From positions 96,001-160,000 of the forward strand of contig CAVRCI010000011.1 of the NCBI GenBank assembly GCA_963719495.1: a stretch of 64,000 nucleotides of DNA, read 5' to 3'. The translations under genes and the position numbers were made by a program. Positions 1-9,487 of the stretch are shown here, piece after piece. This stretch comes from an uncultured Verrucomicrobiae bacterium (GTDB lineage: Bacteria > Verrucomicrobiota > Verrucomicrobiia > Chthoniobacterales > JAATET01). The notes beneath the pieces were generated by a model. It ran no database searches and was not told the DNA's origin. It saw only the letters and a program-made list of their open reading frames with translations. The first letter of the stretch is position 1. Every line of letters starts with the position of its first letter.

Positions 1-1358
1 ACGACGTAGACGGTGAAGAGGAGGGTGGGGTCGATGGCGTCGATTTGCTGGAACATCGCGACGAGGAGGCCAGAGGTTGGGATGAGAGCAATGTAAGCTC
101 CGGTGGTGCTGTCGAAGATGTTGTCGAGGATCGAGGTGACGATGGCGGCGACGATGCAGAAGGTCTGGATGCCGATGAAGATGAGGAGCGCGGAGCGGTT
201 GCGGGGGACGAAGGCGCGGATGAGGGCCGCGGGGAAGAAGAGGGCTCCGCAGCCGGCGAGGAACAGGTTGAAGCGTTCGGTGGTATCGAGGGCGTCGTTG
301 AGGCTGAGGAGGATTCCGCAAATGATGAGGTAGACGACTGCGAAGAGGATGCCGGCGGGCCAGCCGGGGTAGAGGAAGCGTCCGGCGATGCGGCCGACCG
401 CGCCACGACGGGCGAAGGGGCGGAAGAGGCCGGCGTTGAGGTGGACGGGTTCGCAGACGGCTCCGATGAGGCTGAAGAGACCGATGACGAAGGCGGCAAG
501 CGTGATGGGAAGACTGGCGGCGACGTCGAGGAAGGTGAAGAGGGAGGCGATGAGGAGGAATAAGAAGCCAATGAGGCGTTTGCCGAAAGCGTGGTTCTCG
601 GCCTCGGGGGCGATTTTCGACGCGCCGACTTCGAGCATGAGGACAAGGCCGAGGAGGCCGAAGGAGATGAAAGCGAAAGGCACGGACCAACCGGCGGCTG
701 ACGTTCCGGAGAGGACGCTGCCGGATCCCATACCGACCATGAACAAAACCGGGATGGCGGCTTGCGCGAGGAAGATGACTCCGAACCAGAAGAGGACGCG
801 GGTGAGGCGGTTCTGATAGGGCGAGATGCCGACGGTGAGGGCGGTCAGGACGGCGGAAGCGAAGAGCATCGAGCCGAGGATGATGAGGTCGTCGACGAGG
901 TTGACGCCGCCGATGAAGTAGCGGAGGACGGCGTAGGGGAGGACGGCGAAAACGAAGAGGGTGGTTTGCGCGACGATGGCGAGCCATTTGCCGATGATGA
1001 TCCGGCGGGCGGAGAGGCGGGTGAGGAGAATGAGGTCGAGGGTGTTGGCTTTGATCTCGGTGCCGACCGAGCCGAAGCCGCGGAAGGGCATGATGAAGAC
1101 GACGGGGAGGCCGATGAGGAACCAGAAGAAGCTGGAGCCGCCGGTGGCGTCGATGTCCTGAGAGGCGGCGGTGAGGCTGATCGCGACGCCGAGGGTCATG
1201 AGAACCTGGAGGGTGATGAAGAGGGAAACGAAGACTTTGGTGCGGAGGCCTTGGCGGAGCTCCTTGACGATGATGGGGCTGAGGCGGTCGGAGAAATCCG
1301 ACGGTGGTAGCGGCAGGGCTGCGCCCGCGGGTAGGGGTGGTGGGACGGCGGCGGTCAT
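1..1358 (-). CDS. ABC-2-type permease / multi-pass membrane protein (partial, runs off left edge)
   Basis: ATG at 1358 overlaps the stop of the ABC ATPase (ATGA); reads MTAAVPPP...DFSDRLSPIIVKELRQGLRTKVFVSLFITLQVLM followed by many hydrophobic segments; absent from the ORF track because it has no stop in the window. Confidence 0.75.
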   Translation of the reverse strand, partial: MTAAVPPPLPAGAALPLPPSDFSDRLSPIIVKELRQGLRTKVFVSLFITLQVLMTLGVAISLTAASQDIDATGGSSFFWFLIGLPVVFIMPFRGFGSVGTEIKANTLDLILLTRLSARRIIIGKWLAIVAQTTLFVFAVLPYAVLRYFIGGVNLVDDLIILGSMLFASAVLTALTVGISPYQNRLTRVLFWFGVIFLAQAAIPVLFMVGMGSGSVLSGTSAAGWSVPFAFISFGLLGLVLMLEVGASKIAPEAENHAFGKRLIGFLFLLIASLFTFLDVAASLPITLAAFVIGLFSLIGAVCEPVHLNAGLFRPFARRGAVGRIAGRFLYPGWPAGILFAVVYLIICGILLSLNDALDTTERFNLFLAGCGALFFPAALIRAFVPRNRSALLIFIGIQTFCIVAAIVTSILDNIFDSTTGAYIALIPTSGLLVAMFQQIDAIDPTLLFTVYV

Positions 1359-2308
1359 GGCTGAATTTTTCCGAGGAGGTCGACGAAGGCGTCTTCGAGG
1401 CGGCGGTTCTCGCGGTGGAAGTCGGTGACGGCAATGCCGTTGGTGATCATTTTGCGGAGTTGGGTGGCGATGTCTTCGGGTTCGCTGCGTTCGAAGGCGA
1501 CGCGGGCGCCTTCGCGGCGCATTTCGACGAGGGAGACGTGGGGGTTGAGGGTGACCCAGCGGGCGATGGCTTCGGGGTCGCCGTGGACGCGGATGTCGAC
1601 GAGGGCGACGGCGGCGGTGTCCTGGAGGAGGCTGTCGGCGGACCCGTGGTGAACGATGCGACCGGCGTCGATGAAGAGGAGGGTGTCGCACATTTCGCCG
1701 AGTTCGGAGAGGATGTGGGAGCTGATGAAGATGGTCTTTTTCTGGGCGGCGAGGAGGCGGACGAGGTTCTTGAATTCGACCCGGGCCTTGGGGTCGAGGC
1801 CGGCGGCGGGTTCGTCGAGGATGAGGACGTCGGGGTCGTGGAGAAGGGTGCGGCCGAGGCAGAGGCGCTGGCCCATGCCCTTGCTGAGCTTGTTCATCAT
1901 GCGGTCGGCGATGGGGTGGAGGTCGGCGAAGGACATGACGTCGGCGACGCGGGCGGCGCGGTCGTCGCCGGAGTAGCCGTAGGATCGGGCGAAGAAGTCG
2001 AGGTATTCGAAGACGGTGGTGTGGTCGTAGGTGCCGTAGGCGTCGGGCATCCAGCCGATGCGGCGGCGGGCGGCGCCGGGGTCGCTGACGACGTCGTGGC
2101 CGCAGACGGTGATGGTGCCGTCGGTGGGGAGGTCGAGGGTGGCCATCATGCGCATGGTGGTGGTCTTGCCGGCTCCGTTGGCTCCGATGAAGCCGACGAC
2201 CTGCCCGGGGAGAATGTCGAAGCTGACGCCGCGGACGGCTTCGACGTTGGCGAAGGTGCGGCGGAGGTCTCGGACGGAGACGACGGGGTTGGTTGCGGGT
2301 GTGGTCAC
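1355..2308 (-). CDS. ABC transporter ATP-binding protein
   Basis: Walker A GANGAGKTT, signature LSKGM, Walker B ILDEP, H-loop SSH; GTG at 2308 preferred over 2374, which lies in a repeat. Confidence 0.93.
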   Translation of the reverse strand: MTTPATNPVVSVRDLRRTFANVEAVRGVSFDILPGQVVGFIGANGAGKTTTMRMMATLDLPTDGTITVCGHDVVSDPGAARRRIGWMPDAYGTYDHTTVFEYLDFFARSYGYSGDDRAARVADVMSFADLHPIADRMMNKLSKGMGQRLCLGRTLLHDPDVLILDEPAAGLDPKARVEFKNLVRLLAAQKKTIFISSHILSELGEMCDTLLFIDAGRIVHHGSADSLLQDTAAVALVDIRVHGDPEAIARWVTLNPHVSLVEMRREGARVAFERSEPEDIATQLRKMITNGIAVTDFHRENRRLEDAFVDLLGKIQP

Positions 2309-2340
2309 GGTGATGGAATGCAAATGCTTTTGAACAGAGC

Positions 2341-2514
2341 ACCGGAGCCTGGGAAGGCTCGGGGCAGACTGCATTGGCTCTGCAATGCAGCCCGAAGGGC
2401 GAGACGAGCGGGAGCGAGCGAGTCAACACCGGAGCCTGGGAAGGCTCGGGGCAGACTGCATTGGCTCTGCAATGCAGCCCGAAGGGCGAGACGAGCGGGA
2501 GCGAGCGAGTCAAC
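2341..2514. repeat. Perfect 87-bp tandem duplication (2 copies) with internal hairpins
   Basis: 2341-2427 equals 2428-2514; each copy has GAGCC-N6-GGCTC and CTGCATTG-N6-CAATGCAG stems. Confidence 0.95.
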
Positions 2515-2628
2515 GGTTGGGGGCTCGGGTTTGTCGAAAGCGGGGCTGGGGGAGTTCGCTTTGAGACGTGGCTGGAAAGGCGGCAGGCTTGGGAGTGATG
2601 GAGCTAATTCAATTGCGACGCGGTTTGA

Positions 2629-2762
2629 GGCTTCGCCGTTTGGTTGGTTCGGCGATTGCAAATCGCCGCTCCTTGAGGGGGCGGTTCTCCCGCTGGGGCG
2701 GGATTTGCCGGGTGCGTCGGCGGGACGCCGTCGCTCGCACGCCGGGAGGCGTGCGTTCCCCA
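2629..2762 (+). repeat. Modular REP-like intergenic element (family B), copy 1
   Basis: GGCTTCGCCGTT..GGTTGGTTC-[hairpin]-CTCCTTG ... GCGGGACGCCG..CTCGCACGC..GCGTGCG.TCCCCA shared with 12499-12659 and 51457-51595. Confidence 0.85.
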
Positions 2763-2777
2763 TTCTCTCTCGATCGG

Positions 2778-4475
2778 TCATTGGACTTGTCCCATGAGGA
2801 GGGATTGGTGGTTGGTCCAGCGGATGGTGGGGAGGGTCTCCAGGTATGGACCGGCTTGGGCGGTGGCTTGGAAGGCGCCTTTGAGTTCTTTTGGTTGGTT
2901 CCAAGGTTTCGAGATCAGGGGGCCGGTGTCTTTGGATTGGCGGCGCATGGTCGCGACGTCTGGTTCGCTGGCGCGGGTGAGGGTGATGCGTTCGCCGGTT
3001 CTCAGGGGGCCGCCTTGCCAGATGGAGCCGTTGGGGGCGGTGTAGAGAATGTCGTCCAAGGCGTAGGGGACGCTGGAGAGGAGGGTGGGTGTGCCGTCGC
3101 TCGCGGTTTCGACGAGTTCGATGCGGGCCCGGGTGGGGACGATGGCTTCGAGGTATTGGCCTTGGACGGAGCGGCTGTTGAACCACTGGCCGGCGAAGGC
3201 TTTGCCGGATTGTTCGAAATTGCGGGCGCTTTGGCGGATGGGGTCGGTGCTGATCGTGATGGGAGCGACGAAGGCGGATTCGGTGAGGGTGAAGTTGCGG
3301 TCGATGAGGAGACCGGTGCGGGAGATTTGCTCCTGGCGGATGAGCATTTGGTTGGTGCCGGGGAGGAGGACGGCGAGGACGTTGCGCTGACCGCTGCCGC
3401 CGGAGCCGTCCTGGAACCAAATGATGGCTCCGAGGAGGATGCTGGCGACGATGGAGATGAGGGGGGTGGTCCAGAAGAGGCGCTGGCGGCGGCCGGGGCG
3501 GGCGAAGTAGAACAGGTTGACCGGGCCGACCGTGATGGCGAAGAGGAGGACGAAAATGACGAGCAGGGCGACGGGGAAACGGAGGCGGCCGACGAGCTCG
3601 TTGAGTTTCCAATTCGTCACGTAGCCGGTGGAGAGGAAGCGGTCGGGGGAATCGGATCGGGTGGCGATGGTGGCGAGGGTTTCTTCGGTGGGGAGCTCCG
3701 TGCCGTTCCAGCGGTGGAGGGTGATGGTGCCGAGGGCGGGGTCGGTGAACTCTTCGACGGTGCGGGTGGAGGATTCGGCGAGGACCCATTCGAGGTGTCC
3801 GCCCTGGTGGATCCAGTCGTCGAGGGCGGCGCGTTGGGCGGGGGCGAGGCGGTCGAGTTCGTTGTCGGTGATCCAGAGGCTGGTGAGGCCGGAGAGGCCG
3901 CGCCAGTCGGTGGGGAGATTGTCGGGATCGAATTGGGTGCCGAATAGGGATTTGCCATCCTTCTGCGCTTGGTCGCGGAGGGGGCCCCATGATCGGAGGG
4001 CGAGATCGGCGCTGAAAGCCGTGAAAGTCGTCTGGCTGGAATTGTTGGCTGAGCTCGAAGGGAATGAAACGGAGCCACCATCGCGGACGCCGGGGCCCAA
4101 AACGATGAGCTGGGTCTGGCGGTAGACGCTCACTGACGACCCGCTTGGAATCAGTGGAACGAGAAGATCGACGGTGCGGCTTTGGTTGGCTTCTACTTTG
4201 AGTTCGGTGGCCGTGGAGGTTACCGTTTGCTCGATACCGTAGCCGAGGGTGCTGGAGGCGGTGACGTTGTAGGAAAACGTCTTGGAAGTCTGGTTAGTGA
4301 TAGCGACTTTGACTGGGAGGTAGCCGCCGGGGGGGATTTCTTCGAAGAATGATTCGACGCGCACCTGAATTCCGTCGTCGGTTGCAAGTTTGAAATTGCT
4401 TGCTGCTATGACGGACCGCTGGGCGTCGAAGACGAAGATTAAGACTGAGAGAAAGAGGGGGGTGGCGCGCCTCAT
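2778..4475 (-). CDS. Membrane-anchored hypothetical protein of the MoxR/ABC operon
   Basis: Signal-like N-terminus, two TM helices around the GPVNLF motif; start overlaps the MoxR stop. Confidence 0.75.
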   Translation of the reverse strand: MRRATPLFLSVLIFVFDAQRSVIAASNFKLATDDGIQVRVESFFEEIPPGGYLPVKVAITNQTSKTFSYNVTASSTLGYGIEQTVTSTATELKVEANQSRTVDLLVPLIPSGSSVSVYRQTQLIVLGPGVRDGGSVSFPSSSANNSSQTTFTAFSADLALRSWGPLRDQAQKDGKSLFGTQFDPDNLPTDWRGLSGLTSLWITDNELDRLAPAQRAALDDWIHQGGHLEWVLAESSTRTVEEFTDPALGTITLHRWNGTELPTEETLATIATRSDSPDRFLSTGYVTNWKLNELVGRLRFPVALLVIFVLLFAITVGPVNLFYFARPGRRQRLFWTTPLISIVASILLGAIIWFQDGSGGSGQRNVLAVLLPGTNQMLIRQEQISRTGLLIDRNFTLTESAFVAPITISTDPIRQSARNFEQSGKAFAGQWFNSRSVQGQYLEAIVPTRARIELVETASDGTPTLLSSVPYALDDILYTAPNGSIWQGGPLRTGERITLTRASEPDVATMRRQSKDTGPLISKPWNQPKELKGAFQATAQAGPYLETLPTIRWTNHQSLLMGQVQ

Positions 4476-5509
4476 TGGATCTTGGCGGCTTGGAGGGTGG
4501 AGGGGGTGGCTCGGTCCTGGGCGGGGATTTCTTCGAGCAGATTGCGGATGGTGTCGGCGGGTGTGCGGCCTTCGACGCGGGCGGAGTAGTCGAGGACGAT
4601 GCGGTGCTGGAGGACGGGGATGGCGAGAGCGGCGACGTCTTCGAAGCTGGCGTTGAGGCGGCCGCCGAGGAGGGCGCGGGCGCGGGCGGCGGCAGCGAGG
4701 CCGAGGGCGGCGCGGGGGCTGGCTCCGAATTTGATGCCGGCGGCGGCGGTCGACTGGCCGGGGTGGGTGGCGTCGACGAGGCGGGCGACGAAATTTGCGA
4801 CGACGTCGGGGAGGTAGACGCGGCGGGCGAGGTCGGCGAGGTCGATGAGGGCCTGGCGGTCGAGGACGGGTTCGATGGGGGCTTCTTCGCCGATTTCGCG
4901 TTCGAGGACGATGCGTTGGAGGACTTCGACGGAGTTGCGGGTGACTTCGAGTTTGAAGAGGAAGCGGTCGAGTTGGGCTTCGGGGAGGGGGTAGGTGCCC
5001 TCGAGTTCGATGGGGTTCTGGGTCGCGAGGACGAAGAAGGGATCGGGGAGCGGGTGGGAGTCGCCCATGACGGTGACGCGGCGCTCCTGCATGGCTTCGA
5101 GGAGGGCGGACTGGGTCTTGGGCGAGGCGCGGTTGATTTCGTCGGCGAGGACGAGATTGGCGAAGAGGGGGCCGGGGGCAAAAACGAAGGCTCGGCGTCC
5201 GTCTTCTTCCTGGAGGATGGGGTTGCCGGTGATGTCGCCGGGGAGGAGGTCGGGGGTGAATTGGACGCGGCTGCCGTCGATCTGGAGGGCGCGGGCGAGG
5301 CCCTTGACGAGGGCGGTCTTGCCGAGGCCCGGGAGGCCTTCGAGGAGGAGGTGGCCGCGGGCGAGGAGGCCGGTGATGACGAGATCGACGAGGGTTTCCT
5401 GGCCGAAGAGGACTTGATTGAGGGTGGTCTGGAGGCGGGAGAGGTCGGCGCGGGCGGCGGTGACTTCGGCTTCGGTGGCGGGGGTGGATCGTCGGTCGCG
5501 GGGTGTCAT
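4472..5509 (-). CDS. moxR: MoxR-family AAA+ ATPase
   Basis: GLPGLGKT, RVQFTPDLLPGDITG, LADEINRASPKTQSALLEAMQE, ATQNPIELEGTYPLPEAQLDRF. Confidence 0.95.
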   Translation of the reverse strand: MTPRDRRSTPATEAEVTAARADLSRLQTTLNQVLFGQETLVDLVITGLLARGHLLLEGLPGLGKTALVKGLARALQIDGSRVQFTPDLLPGDITGNPILQEEDGRRAFVFAPGPLFANLVLADEINRASPKTQSALLEAMQERRVTVMGDSHPLPDPFFVLATQNPIELEGTYPLPEAQLDRFLFKLEVTRNSVEVLQRIVLEREIGEEAPIEPVLDRQALIDLADLARRVYLPDVVANFVARLVDATHPGQSTAAAGIKFGASPRAALGLAAAARARALLGGRLNASFEDVAALAIPVLQHRIVLDYSARVEGRTPADTIRNLLEEIPAQDRATPSTLQAAKIQ

Positions 5510-5543
5510 TTTGTTTGGGTTCGGGCGGTTGGCGAGTAGGCTA

Positions 5544-5568
5544 CGGCTCGGCGGGAGCCTCGCCCTCC
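5544..5568 (+). repeat. REP family A copy (CGGCTCGGCGGGAGCCTCGCCCTCC)
   Basis: Identical to copies at 54015, 58110 and 59558. Confidence 0.9.
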
Positions 5569-5593
5569 GGGTTTTTTGGGGAGGCCTGGCGGC

Positions 5594-6874
5594 CTATTTG
5601 AAGAAGCGTTGGAGGGTTTCGCGTTCGGCGGGGTCGAGGTTGTTGCTCCAGACGGCGTCTCCGCCGGTGCCGGTGGTGGCGAGGCTGCCGCCCGCCGTCG
5701 GGCCGGTGTCGGCGGTGGGGGTGTCGTCGTGTTCGGCGGTGCCGAGGCCGAGGACTTCGGCGGGGAGGGCGCGGGAGAGGTCGTCGTTGGAGATTTGTTG
5801 CGGGACGCCGCCGCCGAGGTCGGTGGGTTGCTGGGTGCGACCGATCGGGCCGGTGCCGGGGCCGCGGGAGAGGCCGCCGTCGCCGGGGGTGAGGAGGAGG
5901 CCGTTGACGAGGGCTTCGCCGCCTTCGCCGGGGGCGAGGCAGGCCTGGCAGACGCCGACTCCTTTTTCGAGGCGTTCCTGGAGTTTTTTCAGCTCGGCGG
6001 CGCTGAGCTGGCGGGCTTGGGAGAGATCGACGTTTTGGAGGCTTTTCAGGAGGTCGGCGTCGAGGGGGAGGTTGCCGAGTTCGAGGTTGGCGAGGGCGTC
6101 GCCGAAGCGGTCGGCGAGTTGCTGGAGATCGGCGTCGTTGAGGGCACCGGCTGGGTTGGTGGCGCTGGCGAGTTGGGAGGCGGCTTGGGAGAGGTTGCTC
6201 TCGAGGGCGCGGAGGGATTGGGCGGTCTGGTCGCGGAGGCTGTCGCCGGCTTCGAGGCTGGATTGGCTGAACCAATCCTCGGGCGGCTGGTCGCGGAGGG
6301 CGTCGAGTTTTTCTTCGAGCGATTGGACGGTTTCGGGCTCGACGACGTTGGCTTCGGCGAGGCGCTCGGCGAAGGTTTGGGTTTCGGTCCAGGCGGTGGG
6401 TTCCTGGGTTGGGGTGAAGGTCGAGCCGCTCCGGGAGACGGGGATCCACGCGGCGAGGAGGAGGACGGCGAGGCAGGCGGCGAGGGCTCCGGCGATGGGT
6501 TGCCAGCGCCAGGTGAAGCCGTCGGGGGCGGCGCGGGGTGGGGGAAAATCGCCAACGCCGCGGGCGGCGGCGGTGAGGCGGTTGTGGAGGTGGAGGGCGA
6601 CGTCGAGGCGGAGGAGGGCGTCGGTCGGCGTGAAGAAGTCGCGGCGGGCGCGGAGAAAAGCGGAGATGGCGGCGGCGAGAAAGGCGGCGGCGACGATGGG
6701 CCAGAACGCGGTGAGGGCGGTGTCGCGCTGGCGGAGGATGAGGAGCGCGGCGGCTCCGAGGGCCGACGTGACGAGCGCGGCTGGGAGGAAGGCGGACAGC
6801 CAGGCGGCGAAGTTGCGGCGCAGGGCCGTGAGGCGGGCCCGTCGCTGCCAGAACCGCTCCCCGGAGTCGTCCAT
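5594..6874 (-). CDS. Hypothetical membrane protein with coiled-coil and Gly/Thr-rich C-terminus (MoxR operon)
   Basis: ATG at 6874 (MDDSGERFW), three TM segments, helical middle, ends ...PAERETLQRFFK. Confidence 0.75.
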   Translation of the reverse strand: MDDSGERFWQRRARLTALRRNFAAWLSAFLPAALVTSALGAAALLILRQRDTALTAFWPIVAAAFLAAAISAFLRARRDFFTPTDALLRLDVALHLHNRLTAAARGVGDFPPPRAAPDGFTWRWQPIAGALAACLAVLLLAAWIPVSRSGSTFTPTQEPTAWTETQTFAERLAEANVVEPETVQSLEEKLDALRDQPPEDWFSQSSLEAGDSLRDQTAQSLRALESNLSQAASQLASATNPAGALNDADLQQLADRFGDALANLELGNLPLDADLLKSLQNVDLSQARQLSAAELKKLQERLEKGVGVCQACLAPGEGGEALVNGLLLTPGDGGLSRGPGTGPIGRTQQPTDLGGGVPQQISNDDLSRALPAEVLGLGTAEHDDTPTADTGPTAGGSLATTGTGGDAVWSNNLDPAERETLQRFFK

Positions 6875-6959
6875 GGGCCGCAATGTGCGGCTTACGGACC
6901 ATCGGGGCAAGGCGGAAGACCGGGCTTGGGGGTCTTCGGCTGAGTGATGCCGGTTTCCG

Positions 6960-7637
6960 CTAGTCGGAGGAAGGCGCTTCGGGAGACGGCGTGGCTTCGG
7001 TCGGGGGGTTCGTTTCTTCGGTGGGTGAGTCGCTCGGGGTTGCTTCGGGCGAAGCGGCGGCTTCGGCGGCGGGGTTGGGTGGGGGGACTTCCTCGCCGTT
7101 TTCGTAATGAACAATCACGATTTCGTCGGTGGTGTCTTCGGCGATGCGCCACTGGCCTTCGGCTTTGCCGGCGACGTAGGTGCCTTCGGTGGAAATGTTG
7201 CCGTTCGGGAAGTAGTCCTTCCAAATCCCTTCCATGGTGCCGCTTTTGTAAACGCCCTCGGATTCGATTTTTCCGTTTTCCCAGTAGTAGATCCACGGGC
7301 CGATTTCGTTGCCGGCTTCGTATTCGCCTTCGGAGCTTTTGGTGCCGTCTTCGTAGTATTCGACCCAGTAGCCTTCCTCGAGCCCGTCTTTGAGCTGGCC
7401 GGTGGTCTCGGGTTTGCCGTCGGGGTAGGTGACGATGATGGGGCCGGTGAAGGGCTCCTGGTTCGCGGGGTCGACGAAGGCGTTTTTTTCCTCGTTGAAG
7501 GTGAGTTGGTAGAGCTCGATGGGTTTGCCGTCTTCGGTTTTGAGCGGCTCGGATGTTTGGGTGCGGGCGGTGGCGGCGAGGAGGGTGAGGGCCGCGGTGA
7601 GGGTGAGTGCGAAAAAGAGGGTCGGGTGACGCTTCAT
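6960..7637 (-). CDS. Secreted MORN-variant repeat protein (YwqK-like)
   Basis: Signal peptide; repeated G-x-W-x-x-Y-Y-E-N/D-G...EG-x-Y units. Confidence 0.85.
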   Translation of the reverse strand: MKRHPTLFFALTLTAALTLLAATARTQTSEPLKTEDGKPIELYQLTFNEEKNAFVDPANQEPFTGPIIVTYPDGKPETTGQLKDGLEEGYWVEYYEDGTKSSEGEYEAGNEIGPWIYYWENGKIESEGVYKSGTMEGIWKDYFPNGNISTEGTYVAGKAEGQWRIAEDTTDEIVIVHYENGEEVPPPNPAAEAAASPEATPSDSPTEETNPPTEATPSPEAPSSD

Positions 7638-7792
7638 GGGTGGGAGTTTAGGGTCGGAAGGTCGGAATGTCTAATGTCGGAAGGTTGAAAAGTGTCCGGC
7701 TGGGGCCGGATGGGTTGGTTCGGCGGCTGGAAGCTCGCCGTTCCTTGGGGGCTCCGCTTGGTTCGGGGGATTGTCGATTAAGGACGGTTTTT

Positions 7793-7834
7793 GAGTGTGA
7801 GCCAGAGATGTTTCGCTTCGCTCAACATGACAGG
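7793..7834 (+). repeat. 42-bp dispersed repeat (family C), copy 1
   Basis: GAGTGTGAGCCAGAGATGTTTCGCTTCGCTCAACATGACAGG matches 62323-62364 with 2 mismatches. Confidence 0.9.
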
Positions 7835-7882
7835 TTGGGGGGAATGACCTTCGGCCTTTTGGACCTTGGACCTTCCGACTCG

Positions 7883-8917
7883 CTACTGCTCGAGTTCGAA
7901 GGCGATGTTGACGGTGTAGGTGTCGTCTTGGGCCAGGCCGGCTGGGAGGGGGGCGATGCGGGTGACTCGTTTGGCGGCGGCGAGGACGGATTCGTCCATG
8001 ACGGGGTTGCCGCTGCCTTTGATGACGGTGGCGTCGGCGATGGTGCCGTCCTTGCGGATTTTCAGTCGGACGGTGGTGACGAAGGATCGGTCGGAGCTGA
8101 AGATCGACGTCGGTTGGTCCCACTGACTGAAGAAGGAGTCGTGGATGAGGTCGTGATACCAACCGAAATCGGACTCTCCGCCGCCGCCGGACTCGGTGGC
8201 CGAGTCGGCGTTGGTCTTGGCTTCGGATTCGCCGGGCTGGGGTTTGTCGGGTTTGACGGCTTCGGCTTTTTTGACGGGGGTGGGCGTCGATTCGGGGGGG
8301 GGATCCGGGGTGGATTCCGGCGTGGGTTTGGGGGTCGCTTTTGGTGTGGGCTTGGGCGTTGGTTTCGGGGTGGCGGTCGGCTCCGGCGTGGGTTTGGGCG
8401 TCGCGGTGGGTTTCGGAGTTGGTTTCGGAGTTGGCTTGGGGGTCGGTTTTGGCGTTGGCGTCGCGGTGGGTTTGGGGGTCGGCTTCGGGGTGGGTTTCGG
8501 GGTGGGTTTGGGAGTTGGCGTCGGTTCCGGAGTGGGCGTGGGCGTCGGTGTTTCCAGTGGGATCTCGCTTGGTGGTGGGGGTGTCGGGGGTGGCGTTGGA
8601 AGGGGGGTGGGTTCGGGTGTCGGGGGCGGCGTGGGTTCGGGGGTTGGCTCGGGGGTGGGTTCCGGCGTGGCGGGGGTTGGGGTGGGCTCGGGAGCTGGGG
8701 GCGTGATGTCGGGGGGGGCGAACGACGCGGCGTCGAGCCAGGTGATCTCGCCGAGGGGCGGGTCGGTTTCCGGTCTCGTGACGAGCGTGACCGCGACGAT
8801 GACGACGAGGTGGGCGAGCGCGACGAGGATGACGGTGGTGCGGAAGGGGGTCCGGGACCGTCGGTGGGGGCGGAGACGCGACTGGGGGCGGGGCCGACCG
8901 GGGCGTCGCTTTTTCAT
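7883..8917 (-). CDS. TonB/TolA-family energy transducer with long Pro-Thr linker
   Basis: N-terminal TM with His (VALAHLVV), (PTPE/PTPK)n linker, C-terminal IRKDGTI...[14 protein letters not shown] domain. Confidence 0.88.
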   Translation of the reverse strand: MKKRRPGRPRPQSRLRPHRRSRTPFRTTVILVALAHLVVIVAVTLVTRPETDPPLGEITWLDAASFAPPDITPPAPEPTPTPATPEPTPEPTPEPTPPPTPEPTPLPTPPPTPPPPSEIPLETPTPTPTPEPTPTPKPTPKPTPKPTPKPTATPTPKPTPKPTPKPTPKPTATPKPTPEPTATPKPTPKPTPKATPKPTPESTPDPPPESTPTPVKKAEAVKPDKPQPGESEAKTNADSATESGGGGESDFGWYHDLIHDSFFSQWDQPTSIFSSDRSFVTTVRLKIRKDGTIADATVIKGSGNPVMDESVLAAAKRVTRIAPLPAGLAQDDTYTVNIAFELEQ

Positions 8918-8959
8918 GCGGGGCGGGCGGTGGGTGCGGACGGTTTCGCGGCGGGGCGA

Positions 8960-8984
8960 CGGCTCGCCGGGAGGCTCGCCCTCC
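8960..8984 (+). repeat. REP family A variant
   Basis: CGGCTCGCCGGGAGGCTCGCCCTCC, 2 substitutions from the family A consensus. Confidence 0.8.
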
Positions 8985-9023
8985 GGGGGGTGGACCGCGC
9001 CCGGTGGGCTTGGGCGCTGGGCG

Positions 9024-9446
9024 TCACGGGGCGGCGTCTTCGGGTCGGGTCATGACACCGACCTTGCTGATTTGGAGGCGCTGGAGGATGTCCATGATGG
9101 AGATGAAGTTCTGGATCGCGAGGTCCTTGTCGGGACGGACGACGACGGCGATCTGGGGGTTCGCATCTTTGATCGCGGCGAGCTGGGATTCGAGTTGCTC
9201 GGGGGTGACGGGGGATTCGTTGAGCTCGAGGGTGGCGTCGCGGTTGATGGCGATCATCTGGACGTCGGAGGGGTCGACTTCGCTCTTGGCGGTGGAGCTG
9301 GTGGGCACGACGAGGTCGAGGCTGTTCTCGATGAGGGGGGTGGTGATCATGAAAATGATCAGGAGCACGAACGCGAGGTCGAGCAGGGGAGTGACGTTCA
9401 GGTCGGTGAGCGTCTGCAGGCTTTGGCGATCGGAGAAGCGGCGCAC
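9024..9446 (-). CDS. exbD: ExbD/TolR-family protein
   Basis: [22 protein letters not shown] motif. Confidence 0.92.
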   Translation of the reverse strand: MRRFSDRQSLQTLTDLNVTPLLDLAFVLLIIFMITTPLIENSLDLVVPTSSTAKSEVDPSDVQMIAINRDATLELNESPVTPEQLESQLAAIKDANPQIAVVVRPDKDLAIQNFISIMDILQRLQISKVGVMTRPEDAAP

Positions 9447-9487
9447 TTGATTTGAATTTGAAATGCGGAATGAGAAATTAAAAATGG

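Noticed and set aside
2341..2514. Possible CRISPR array
   Set aside because: Two contiguous identical 87-bp units, no unique spacers, no cas genes
6960..7637. Toxin-antitoxin system (YwqK-like)
   Set aside because: No toxin neighbour; secreted MORN-repeat protein only
8280..8700. 12-bp tandem repeats
   Set aside because: Encode the ordinary Pro-Thr linker of TonB/TolA
45..9455. Long + strand ORFs (45-563, 1304-2797, 4475-5539, 7667-9055, 8196-9455)
   Set aside because: Antisense shadows of well-supported minus-strand genes; low-complexity G/E/D/V composition due to high GC and skew
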